Shown in pieces: positions 37,909 through 46,640 of a DNA stretch of 64,000 nucleotides. The notes beneath the pieces are model-generated. The model worked only from the letters and a program-made list of their open reading frames with translations, was not told the origin of the DNA and searched no databases. The stretch's first letter is position 1. Every line of letters starts with the position of its first letter. This DNA comes from an uncultured Bacteroides sp. (GTDB lineage Bacteria; Bacteroidota; Bacteroidia; Bacteroidales; Muribaculaceae), in assembly GCA_964518705.1 (NCBI GenBank), contig CAZFGV010000005.1:43676-107675 (forward strand), written 5' to 3'. Made by a program: the position numbers and the translations under genes.

Positions 37909-38664
37909 TTAAAACATCCAACGGTTGTTGAAAAGTCCTTTGCGTTTCCAATACAGCAAAAGAAGGAAACCGAAAATCATACCGCCAAGGTGAGCGAAGT
38001 GAGCTACGCCGCCAACGGTGCCGGTGATACCGGACAATAATTCTATAACAAAGTAACCTACTATGAGCCACTTAGCCTTTATAGGAATTGGAATAAAGAA
38101 TATATATACCGGAACATTAGGGAACAAAAATCCGAAAGCAAGCAAAACGCCGTATATAGCTCCCGACGCGCCTACCATAGGCGTATTTATATACGCATTC
38201 AACAGCGAATAATCCGGGTCGGAATAGTTATAATGATTTTGTAATAAGTCGTAGCCGCTATTCAAAATTTCTTGATATATCTGAAGTGGAATAACAGACG
38301 ATATATTATGGATACAAATAGCATACACGCCCATCTGCATCAACGCAGCACAAATGCCACATGTCAGATAATAGAACAAAAATCGCTGAGACCCCATTAC
38401 CATTTCAATCGTTCTACCAAATATAAACAAGGCGAACATATTGAAAAACAAGTGCATAAAATTAGCATGCAAAAACATATAGCTAATAAGCTGATATGCC
38501 TTCGACGCCGGAGAGGTAAAGTAATACAACGCCAAATGACTGTCAAACCAGCGAGACGCGGCGGGCATCAATGCCATTACTAGCCAAATTAACGCATTTA
38601 TTATCAGAAGATTCTTTACTACCGGGGGGATATTATTAAAAATTGATGGGCGGGATGAGTACAT
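37909..38664 (-). CDS. rhomboid-family intramembrane serine protease
   Basis: Start trimmed to MYSSRPS at 38664. Catalytic GASGAIYG and HLGG motifs, polytopic. Confidence 0.8.
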   Translation of the reverse strand: MYSSRPSIFNNIPPVVKNLLIINALIWLVMALMPAASRWFDSHLALYYFTSPASKAYQLISYMFLHANFMHLFFNMFALFIFGRTIEMVMGSQRFLFYYLTCGICAALMQMGVYAICIHNISSVIPLQIYQEILNSGYDLLQNHYNYSDPDYSLLNAYINTPMVGASGAIYGVLLAFGFLFPNVPVYIFFIPIPIKAKWLIVGYFVIELLSGITGTVGGVAHFAHLGGMIFGFLLLLYWKRKGLFNNRWMF

Positions 38665-38840
38665 AGTTACTTTTCTTTGGGTCACAAAATTACAAAACAT
38701 TCGCCACATGGCAAAGTTTTATAACAATCGACAAGAAGTTTAAGCACAATTAAACGTCATCAAAACCACAAAACGCCCCTTAGCGTGTAAATCACAAAAC
38801 CGAAGGAGCAGCTTCATGGTAGACCTTTGCAAAAGGCACA

Positions 38841-38872
38841 AAAAAAACCGACCTAAGCAGAACTTGGGTCGG
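38841..38872 (-). terminator. rho-independent terminator after the small lipoprotein gene
   Basis: CCGACCCAAG / CUUAGGUCGG stem with one mismatch, followed by U7 on the minus strand. Confidence 0.6.
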
Positions 38873-38927
38873 AATACGTTTTGATTGGATGGCTCAACGG
38901 CTATGCCGGAGCAGTTACACCAATATA

Positions 38928-39134
38928 TTAAGCTTCAGGAGCTACTTCTGCAACAACAGAATCGCATACTGCGCTGTCACCAGCACATACTGTAGAATCT
39001 TCAACTACAGTTGCTTCTTCTACTACAGCTTCTTCTACTACGGGAGCTTCAGCTTCGGCAGCCTGTTCCTTGTTGCCGCAAGCGAAGAAAGACATGCTGA
39101 ATGCTACAGCAAGCATAAGAACTAACTTTTTCAT
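38928..39134 (-). CDS. small acidic low-complexity lipoprotein (68 aa)
   Basis: Start trimmed to MKKLVLMLAVAFSMSFFAC (lipobox). The mature part is A/E/V-rich with two Cys (VCAGDSAVC). Has its own terminator. Confidence 0.5.
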   Translation of the reverse strand: MKKLVLMLAVAFSMSFFACGNKEQAAEAEAPVVEEAVVEEATVVEDSTVCAGDSAVCDSVVAEVAPEA

Positions 39135-39316
39135 CTTCGTTTTGATTTTGTAATAAAACTTTGTTTGCTTCAAAAACTGCGCAAAGTTAAGACGAATTTA
39201 TGAAATCGAAAAATTTTTACACAAAAAAAACGCTCTAAGTAGCAATTTTAACATTTTATATACCATTCCGGCAAGATTTTGTGTAGATACCGACAATATT
39301 TATCTATTTTTTTTGG

Positions 39317-39324
39317 TATTTTTG
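39317..39324 (+). promoter_or_regulatory. candidate -7 box (TATTTTTG) for lysC
   Basis: Matches TAnnTTTG 23 nt upstream of the ATG at 39347. Confidence 0.35.
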
Positions 39325-39346
39325 CGCCGTCAAACAACAAAGGAAA

Positions 39347-40666
39347 ATGAAGGTACTCAAATTTGGTGGCACCTCGGTTGGTAGCCCTGATCGAATGGAG
39401 CACGTTGCCGACTTGGTTGCAAAAGCTCCGAAACGTAGTATTGTCGTTCTGTCTGCAATGTCTGGAACGACTAACACTCTTGTCGAAATTGCCGAATATT
39501 TATACAAAGGCAACATCCCCGGCGCTCAAGAAACTATCAACGCCCTCACTCAGCGATATGCCGACGTCCTAAACGAACTTTTCGGAACAGATAAGGCAGC
39601 ACACAGCGAACCTCGCGCTGCTGTGGCTCGCTCTTTGGCGCTTCTAAGATCTTATTGCACCGGACCGCTTACTTCCGAGGGCGAAAAAGAAATTTTGGCT
39701 CAAGGCGAACTTATGTCTACCGCAATCATGCTCGAAGTGTTACGCTTCCGCGGTATACGCACAGCCATGCTTCCTGCGCTTGACTATATGCGCATCAATG
39801 AAGAAGGCGAACCCGACATGAATTCTACCGCTCGACACCTTTCTCGACTTATTGAACTCGAACCTCAAGCCGACCTATTTCTTACCCAAGGCTACATCTG
39901 CCGCAACCACGTCGGCGCTGTCGACAACCTACGTCGAGGCGGATCTGACTACTCTGCCTCTATTATCGGAGCGCTTACCAATGCCGACGAAGTAGAAATT
40001 TGGACCGACATCGACGGAATGCACAATAACGACCCTCGATTCGTCGAAGGAACAAAACCCGTTAGACAGTTACATTTCGAAGAGGCTGCCGAGCTCGCTT
40101 ACTTCGGTGCTAAAATCCTTCACCCCAGCTGTGTTCTTCCTGCCAAGTTGCACAACATCCCCGTGCGCTTGCTAAATACCCTCGACCCCGACGCGCCCGG
40201 AACTCTTATTTGCAACTGCCCCCCCGACGGCTCTATCAAAGCCGTTGCTGCTAAAGACGGTATCACTGCTATCAAAATCAAATCGGGACGTATGTTGCTC
40301 GCATACGGTTTCTTGCATAAAGTTTTCGAAACTTTCGAAAAACACCGCACAAGTATCGACATCATGGCAACATCCGAAGTAGCTGTAAGCGTAACTATTG
40401 ACAATAACAGCCACCTTGCAGCCATCGTTGACGACCTCAAAGAATTCGGCACCGTTACCGTTGACCCCAACAAGGTTATCATCTGCATCGTCGGTGACCT
40501 TAACAAAAGCGCACGAGGTACTATCAACCACATCGTCGAAGCTCTGTCTGACATTCCGGTACATATGATATCTTATGGCGCGTCAGAACACAATATCGCC
40601 GTTCTTGTCGATGCTTCCGACAAAATCGCAGCTCTACAAGCCCTTTCGGCTTATCTTTTCAAATAA
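39347..40666 (+). CDS. lysC: aspartate kinase
   Basis: MKVLKFGGTSVGS N-terminus, AAK fold motifs, and a C-terminal ACT-like region. 439 aa. Confidence 0.9.
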   Translation: MKVLKFGGTSVGSPDRMEHVADLVAKAPKRSIVVLSAMSGTTNTLVEIAEYLYKGNIPGAQETINALTQRYADVLNELFGTDKAAHSEPRAAVARSLALLRSYCTGPLTSEGEKEILAQGELMSTAIMLEVLRFRGIRTAMLPALDYMRINEEGEPDMNSTARHLSRLIELEPQADLFLTQGYICRNHVGAVDNLRRGGSDYSASIIGALTNADEVEIWTDIDGMHNNDPRFVEGTKPVRQLHFEEAAELAYFGAKILHPSCVLPAKLHNIPVRLLNTLDPDAPGTLICNCPPDGSIKAVAAKDGITAIKIKSGRMLLAYGFLHKVFETFEKHRTSIDIMATSEVAVSVTIDNNSHLAAIVDDLKEFGTVTVDPNKVIICIVGDLNKSARGTINHIVEALSDIPVHMISYGASEHNIAVLVDASDKIAALQALSAYLFK

Positions 40667-40688
40667 CCCAACACTACAAAATATTAAA

Positions 40689-40712
40689 GGCTGCCTGCGG
40701 GCAGCCTTTTTT
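40689..40712 (+). terminator. rho-independent terminator after lysC
   Basis: GGCTGCC-tgcg-GGCAGCC followed by TTTTTT. Confidence 0.7.
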
Positions 40713-40728
40713 CGTTTATAATGAAAAA

Positions 40729-42405
40729 TTAGTCTTCTTCTGTAACGATATATAATTCCTCTTGCGCTTCGGGAACATCAAAAATATCGTTTGGCGACAT
40801 GGGGCGAATACCATCATACCACTTAAATTTTGACAGATAAAACAAATTACGTCTCGCCAAGAATAGCGGCGTCGCCGTGCCTTGTGTTTGGGGCCACATC
40901 TTTATCGATTCTGTAGTGCGACCGCGAAACAAGACTGTCATATAACTAGACTCGGCATTGATAATTTTGTTTATCGTACTATCGTTTTCTTCGGGATACA
41001 TAATAATTTCGACATTGCCATCCACGTCAAGACGCCGCAACTCGCCTCCCTCGAAACGTGCAAACATTTTTTTACCGCCAAGCTGTTGATAATGCTCTCC
41101 TTCAATATGCTGCACCGCCAAGGCATCTTCCGGAATCAACGCCGTTTCGATAGTGCTGTCATTGAGATGCAACTCTATCATCGAGCCGGTAATCTGCTGC
41201 TCTTCATTCCACACTATTGGACGCACGAACATACGCAACATAGTGTCGGCTTGCGTAAATTGCATAGAATCGCAAACGCCTTGCATATCGCGACGGAAGA
41301 AACGCACTCGCGGATGCACTACGGCAACATGAGATGTATCAACGCGAGAATATGCCGGCGTTCCTGCGATAGTATCTTCTGCCACATGTGTGGTGTCATA
41401 TACTGCCCAGGTACGAATGAAACGCCCATGCATATACAACGTGTCGGCTTCGGAATAATGCTTTATCATCGCGCGTCCGGTAACAAACGATGTATCAGCG
41501 ATTTCATCGTAAAAACCGTAATTACCATGAATCTCGGCCTTATGCGCCGTATCGGTAAGCACCATATTACCCAACGCCTCGCCATAACCGGCGGCGCGGT
41601 CATAATAAATAGTATCAGCTGTAAGGGTCTGACCCTGTGCTGTTACTATCATCGAACGATCATAAAGCGTAGCGCGGTTGCTATCTGTTTCATAGACACC
41701 TTCTCGAGTGTAAATTGTGCCGCGCGCATTTATAACCTCGCTAGGTGAATACAATTCGGCGATATGCGTGCCGGTATTATAATATAACGTGTCGGTATAT
41801 ATATCGAGCGTATCTTTACTGTCGCGCGAATTGAGATGTACATTAATATAAAAATTCGCCTCTTTAGTCGACGGAACATACTCTCCCTTAAGCGATGTCA
41901 ATTCGTTCTGTGGGTCATACAACTTTCCACCGACTTCATAATAACCCAAATCGATGCCGAGGTCGTAAACAAAGATATCCGTTTCGAGAGTAACGTCGCG
42001 ATTAATAAGACGCACCTTTTTATCAGGATCGGCATAGAGGGTGGCGATTTCGATAGGACCGTTATAGTCGAGCTCGTCGGCAAATACAAAAAGCGTATCA
42101 CCTTGCTCCATACTAACATTGCCAAACGCCTGCATCGACTCTGTCTCGGCAAAATAATGCGCACTATCACAACGCATTATCATCGGACCTTTGGTAAACA
42201 CAACATCACCGACAACCGTCATAAACGAATCTTCTTCGTGCTTAACGAGTTTATCGGCACGTTCAAGGAAGACACGATTACCCGCCGAACGGTCTGCAGT
42301 AGGCACCTGCGGACGGATTTCGGGTATATCGCGACGTTGAGTTACCGCTAACAATGGCAACACGGTAACGACAGCGAGGGCGAAAAACGAGCGACGGCTT
42401 AGCAT
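40729..42405 (-). CDS. OstA/LptA-like domain periplasmic protein
   Basis: Signal peptide. Repetitive beta-jellyroll-like segments (ADSAHYF..., GNV..., DTLYYD...). Immediately downstream of the SurA-like gene. Confidence 0.5.
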   Translation of the reverse strand: MLSRRSFFALAVVTVLPLLAVTQRRDIPEIRPQVPTADRSAGNRVFLERADKLVKHEEDSFMTVVGDVVFTKGPMIMRCDSAHYFAETESMQAFGNVSMEQGDTLFVFADELDYNGPIEIATLYADPDKKVRLINRDVTLETDIFVYDLGIDLGYYEVGGKLYDPQNELTSLKGEYVPSTKEANFYINVHLNSRDSKDTLDIYTDTLYYNTGTHIAELYSPSEVINARGTIYTREGVYETDSNRATLYDRSMIVTAQGQTLTADTIYYDRAAGYGEALGNMVLTDTAHKAEIHGNYGFYDEIADTSFVTGRAMIKHYSEADTLYMHGRFIRTWAVYDTTHVAEDTIAGTPAYSRVDTSHVAVVHPRVRFFRRDMQGVCDSMQFTQADTMLRMFVRPIVWNEEQQITGSMIELHLNDSTIETALIPEDALAVQHIEGEHYQQLGGKKMFARFEGGELRRLDVDGNVEIIMYPEENDSTINKIINAESSYMTVLFRGRTTESIKMWPQTQGTATPLFLARRNLFYLSKFKWYDGIRPMSPNDIFDVPEAQEELYIVTEED

Positions 42406-42424
42406 ATCCCTTTTTTATTGGTTA

Positions 42425-43783
42425 TTACTGCTTAATCCAACCTTTGTGCATAAATTCGCAGCCACGCCAACCATCTTCGATACGCACATATGTATCTGCT
42501 ATTTTCTTGGCAAGCCACTTGTCGATAATATCTTTGCTCGCCTTTGTTTCGTACATATCCTTAATAGTCTGGTAGTCGTCAGCAAGATTAGCCACATGAG
42601 CTTCGTGACGTGCTGTGAGTTTCACCATTGCCACAATTTCGCGGTCGCGTTTGGGGTCTCGCATAATGAACGGCTTGGAAATTTCACCGGGTTGCAATTC
42701 TGCTACGGCTTTTGAAATTTCCTGAGGCAACTGAGACATCTCAAAACGTGTTGTGCCACTCTGTGAGTTTACCATCACACCACGACTCATGCGTGTGTCC
42801 TTATCCTGGCTCACAAGTCCAACAGCGGTTTCAAACGACAATTTCTTATTGTCAACAATTTCAGTGCGGATAGTATCCAATCGGTGCATTGCATCGATAA
42901 GATCCTTCTCTGCAACCTTGGGACGAAGCAAAATGTGGCGTGTATTGATACGGTCGCCACGCTTTTCTATAAGCTGGATAATATGGAAACCATATTCTGT
43001 TTCAACGATTTTCGACACCTTTTTAGGGTCGTTGAGGTTGAACGCCACAGCTGCATATTCAGGCACCAACTGACCACGGCCCATAAAACCGATTTCACCG
43101 CCGCGAACACCTTCGGGAGCTTCGGAATAGAGAATAGCAAGCGTTGAGAAATCACTCTCGCCTCGGTTTACTCGGTCGGCATAGTCACGAAGACGTGCCT
43201 TGACATCATCGATTTCCTGACGTGGAATAACAGGATTCAAAGTCAACAACTGCACCTCAACTTCGAGAGGAATATATGGAATACTATCTTGCGACAACGA
43301 TTCGAAATAACGACGCACATCGCCGGGAGTAACTTTGAGATCCTTTGTCAACGAGCTACGCACCTGCTGCACACGCGAACGGTTACGCATATTATTGGCA
43401 TAATAATCGCGAATTTCAGGATATGGCTTGCGGAAATACTGCTCTACTTTCTCGCGGCTACCTAGATTGGTAATAAGAAAGTTCATCTGCGCATCCACCT
43501 GCATTTGCACCATCGATTCCTGCACTTCTACTGTATCAATATCGGCTTGATGAAGGAAAAGACGTTCGATAGCAATTTGCTCGGGGATATAGCAATACGG
43601 ATCGCCAACGATAGCACTGCGATCGTTTTGCATATCCATATATGCTTGCTCGATTTCCGACTTGTAGATCGGTTCGTCACCAATCATCCATGCCACTTCT
43701 TCGATAACATTATCGCCTGTTGCGGCGAATATTACTGCAGCCACGCTCAAGGCGATGCTGCTTAAGATTGTCTTTTTATTCAT
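42425..43783 (-). CDS. SurA-like peptidyl-prolyl isomerase (parvulin domain)
   Basis: Start placed at MNKKTILSS (43783), although the ATG at 43801 is also possible. Parvulin motif ETEYGFHIIQL and SurA-like N-domain. Confidence 0.75.
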   Translation of the reverse strand: MNKKTILSSIALSVAAVIFAATGDNVIEEVAWMIGDEPIYKSEIEQAYMDMQNDRSAIVGDPYCYIPEQIAIERLFLHQADIDTVEVQESMVQMQVDAQMNFLITNLGSREKVEQYFRKPYPEIRDYYANNMRNRSRVQQVRSSLTKDLKVTPGDVRRYFESLSQDSIPYIPLEVEVQLLTLNPVIPRQEIDDVKARLRDYADRVNRGESDFSTLAILYSEAPEGVRGGEIGFMGRGQLVPEYAAVAFNLNDPKKVSKIVETEYGFHIIQLIEKRGDRINTRHILLRPKVAEKDLIDAMHRLDTIRTEIVDNKKLSFETAVGLVSQDKDTRMSRGVMVNSQSGTTRFEMSQLPQEISKAVAELQPGEISKPFIMRDPKRDREIVAMVKLTARHEAHVANLADDYQTIKDMYETKASKDIIDKWLAKKIADTYVRIEDGWRGCEFMHKGWIKQ

Positions 43784-43812
43784 TTTTTCATGAGATGCCA
43801 TAGTAGGCGATG

Positions 43813-43820
43813 CAAAGTTA
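43813..43820 (-). promoter_or_regulatory. candidate -7 box (TAACTTTG on minus strand) for the SurA-like/OstA-like operon
   Basis: Matches TAnnTTTG just upstream of the start codons at 43801/43783. Confidence 0.3.
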
Positions 43821-43906
43821 ATGCATTTTGCCCATACGATATATCTCTTTAATAATTTTTACCACAATATTGGTCCATAAGATTATAATGAATGCAAAAA
43901 TGTGCG

Positions 43907-43914
43907 TAAATTTG
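43907..43914 (+). promoter_or_regulatory. candidate -7 box (TAAATTTG) for the S9 peptidase gene
   Basis: Matches TAnnTTTG about 40 nt upstream of the ATG at 43953. Confidence 0.35.
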
Positions 43915-43952
43915 CAGAAAATAAACGATAATCAACGCAAGAATAAACAAAT

Positions 43953-46019
43953 ATGTACAAAATTGCAATGACCGCAAGCGCAATGCTACTCTCGGCAGCT
44001 GCCAGTGCCGCTCCGGCATATGTTAGCGCCAATGGCATTTTCGACATCGAAGCCCTCGAAGCCCTCGGACGCGTTGGTGCGCCCGCTGTATCACCGGACG
44101 GCAAAAATATCCTTTTCGGCATCGGCTACGAAAATTTGGCAGAAAACAATTCAAACACCGACCTGTATGTCCTCCCCGTTAACGGCGGCACTCCCGCTCG
44201 CATCACTGACACTCCCAAAAGCGAAAGCGGTGCGGTTTGGATTGACGGGGGCAAGCGCATTGCTTTTATGTACCCCGACGCCGACGGCAAGCCCCAAATG
44301 TGGCTTATGAACGCCGACGGCACAGATCGAAAACAAGCGTCTGAACATCCCGGAGGCATCTCCGGATTCCTCCTTTCTCCTGACCAAAGCCGAATCGTCG
44401 TTATCGGAAACATTAAATCGGCTCCTACTGCCGAAGACATCTACTCCGACCTCCCCAAAGCTACCGGTCGGGTTATCGACGATTTGATGTACAAGCACTG
44501 GGACGAATGGGTTACAGAAATCCCCCACCCCTTCGTCGGCACTTTCGACGGCAATAAAGTCAGCGACCTCACCGACATTATGCCCGGCGAACCTTACGAA
44601 GCCCCTATGAAGCCTTTCGGCGGCGTAGAATCGTTTGCATGGAGCCCCGACAGCAAAGCGCTCGTTTACGTTTCTCGTAAAAAAGCAGGCCTTGAATACG
44701 CTATCAGCACAAATAGCGACCTCTACCTCTACGACCTCACCAACGGCTCGACACGAAACCTCACCGAAGGAATGATGGGTTACGACACCATGCCGGCATT
44801 CTCCCCCGACGGCAAATCGTTGGCTTGGCTATCTATGGAACACGATGGTTACGAAAGCGACCGCAACAGACTTTTCATTATGAATATGTCTAACGGCGAA
44901 CGCCATGACCTCACCGCCGAATGGGACTACACTATCGACGAATTCGCTTGGGCTCAAAACGGCAAGGACATTTATTTCGTAGCGGCTAAAGACGGCGTTA
45001 TTCCTGTTTTCAAACTCCACGTTAGCAACAGCGCCATCGAACAACTCACCGACGAATGTGCCGATTTCACATCGCTTCAGCCCCTCGCTGACGGTGGAAT
45101 CATTACAATGAAGCACTCAATGTTGCGTCCTAACGAATTGATGCACATCGGCAAAGGCAAAAAAGTAACAGCCCTCACCGACATCAACGGCCCCATTTTC
45201 GACCAACTCGAAATGCCCACCGTAGAAAAACGCATGGTAGCCACCACCGACGGCAAACAAATGCTCGTATGGGTTATCAAACCGCCGAAATTCGACGCCA
45301 CAGCAAAATACCCCGCCCTCCTCTACTGCCAAGGCGGTCCTCAGCAGGCTGTAAGCCAATTCTGGAGCTATCGTTGGAACTTCGCCCTTATGGCATCTAA
45401 CGGATATGTTGTCATCGCTCCCAACCGCCGCGGTCTTCCCGGCTTCGGTTCGGAATGGAACGCTCAGATTTCAAAAGACTATCCCGGACAGAACATGGCT
45501 GACTACCTCGCCGCTGTCGATGACGTTAAAACCGAACCTTGGATTGATAGCGAACACATCGGTGCGACAGGCGCAAGCTACGGCGGTTTCTCTATCTACT
45601 ACCTCGCCGGCAACCACAACAAACGCTTCGCTGCCCTACTTGCTCACGCAGGTATCTTCAACATGGAAGCTCAATATCTCGAAACTGAAGAAATGTGGTT
45701 TGCCAACTGGGATATGGGCGGCGCTTACTGGGAAAAAGACAATGCCGCAGCACAGCGCACCTTCGCCAACTCTCCCCACCGCTTCGTTGATCGCTGGGAC
45801 ACTCCTATCATGGTCAGCCACGGCGAATACGACTTCCGCATTCTCGCCTCTCAAGGCATGGCAGCCTTCAACGCCGCCAAACTTCGTGGCATTCCCGCTG
45901 AAATGGTTATTTTCCCCGACGAAAACCACTGGATTCTCAAGCCCCAAAATGCTGTCCTTTGGCAACGATTGTTCTTCCGCTGGTTTGACAAATGGCTAAA
46001 ACCTAACAACGAAAAATAA
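43953..46019 (+). CDS. S9-family serine peptidase (prolyl oligopeptidase / acylaminoacyl-peptidase type)
   Basis: Signal peptide, beta-propeller N-half, and alpha/beta-hydrolase C-half with nucleophile elbow GASYGG and a late D/H (HGEYD, ENHW). Confidence 0.85.
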   Translation: MYKIAMTASAMLLSAAASAAPAYVSANGIFDIEALEALGRVGAPAVSPDGKNILFGIGYENLAENNSNTDLYVLPVNGGTPARITDTPKSESGAVWIDGGKRIAFMYPDADGKPQMWLMNADGTDRKQASEHPGGISGFLLSPDQSRIVVIGNIKSAPTAEDIYSDLPKATGRVIDDLMYKHWDEWVTEIPHPFVGTFDGNKVSDLTDIMPGEPYEAPMKPFGGVESFAWSPDSKALVYVSRKKAGLEYAISTNSDLYLYDLTNGSTRNLTEGMMGYDTMPAFSPDGKSLAWLSMEHDGYESDRNRLFIMNMSNGERHDLTAEWDYTIDEFAWAQNGKDIYFVAAKDGVIPVFKLHVSNSAIEQLTDECADFTSLQPLADGGIITMKHSMLRPNELMHIGKGKKVTALTDINGPIFDQLEMPTVEKRMVATTDGKQMLVWVIKPPKFDATAKYPALLYCQGGPQQAVSQFWSYRWNFALMASNGYVVIAPNRRGLPGFGSEWNAQISKDYPGQNMADYLAAVDDVKTEPWIDSEHIGATGASYGGFSIYYLAGNHNKRFAALLAHAGIFNMEAQYLETEEMWFANWDMGGAYWEKDNAAAQRTFANSPHRFVDRWDTPIMVSHGEYDFRILASQGMAAFNAAKLRGIPAEMVIFPDENHWILKPQNAVLWQRLFFRWFDKWLKPNNEK

Positions 46020-46547
46020 ATGTCAAAAGCTGCGCTAAAGAAAGAAATAGCGGGGTTTACGCCCGAACAACTGCGAGAAGTTATCCTCGCAGCTTATGAT
46101 TCATCGGCTGAGGCGAAGGATTATTTCGAATTCTTCCTCAACCCCGACATCGACACATTCATTTCTCAATGTAACGATGCCATTTTCAAAGAACTCAAGC
46201 GCAGTAAATACGGCAGATCAAAAGGTCGTATCAGCGAAATACGACGCGTAATAAAGAAAGCTATCGGCTACGGATTACCACCAGACAAAATCGGTTCGGT
46301 GATGCTGAATGCCATATCTCTTCTCGTTAGCGCAGAACGATTCCTCGACTTTCCCGATGCTCTTTACAACGGCACGGCAAAACTTGTTAGCGAATACATT
46401 ACTTTTGCCAACAAAAACGAATTTGTCGCAACGGCATTGGCGAATATCAACATGATTGCCGATAATAATGAGATCGGCACTAATATGCTTCGCCGAAAGG
46501 TGCGCATGGCTGCCGTTAACACAGTTGATGAACTAAAAAAAGGTTAA
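46020..46547 (+). CDS. conserved hypothetical cytoplasmic protein (DUF6155-like by recollection)
   Basis: 175 aa, helical, no motif recognised. Starts 1 nt after the peptidase stop. Confidence 0.5.
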   Translation: MSKAALKKEIAGFTPEQLREVILAAYDSSAEAKDYFEFFLNPDIDTFISQCNDAIFKELKRSKYGRSKGRISEIRRVIKKAIGYGLPPDKIGSVMLNAISLLVSAERFLDFPDALYNGTAKLVSEYITFANKNEFVATALANINMIADNNEIGTNMLRRKVRMAAVNTVDELKKG

Positions 46548-46551
46548 CAAT

Positions 46552-46588
46552 AATAGGCAATACTCATAAGTAAGTATTGCCTATTTTT
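46552..46588 (+). terminator. rho-independent terminator
   Basis: 13-bp perfect stem AATAGGCAATACT / AGTATTGCCTATT running into a T-run. Confidence 0.7.
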
Positions 46589-46640
46589 AATACTTTTAAT
46601 AATTTCGCAACCCCAAAACACAAAAGTGTAAGCAAGCGAA

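Noticed and set aside
39174-39346. Lysine riboswitch upstream of lysC
   Set aside because: A TAnnTTTG box sits only 23 nt before the ATG. This leaves no room for an L-box of about 180 nt in the transcript, and no L-box-like helices were noticed.
40882-41748. 288-aa ORF (+) and the neighbouring 171-aa ORF (41836-42351 +)
   Set aside because: Both are antisense shadows of the 558-aa OstA-like gene. Their composition is C/H/R/I-rich and nonsense-like, with no signal or motif. The minus-strand product has a signal peptide and coherent repeats.
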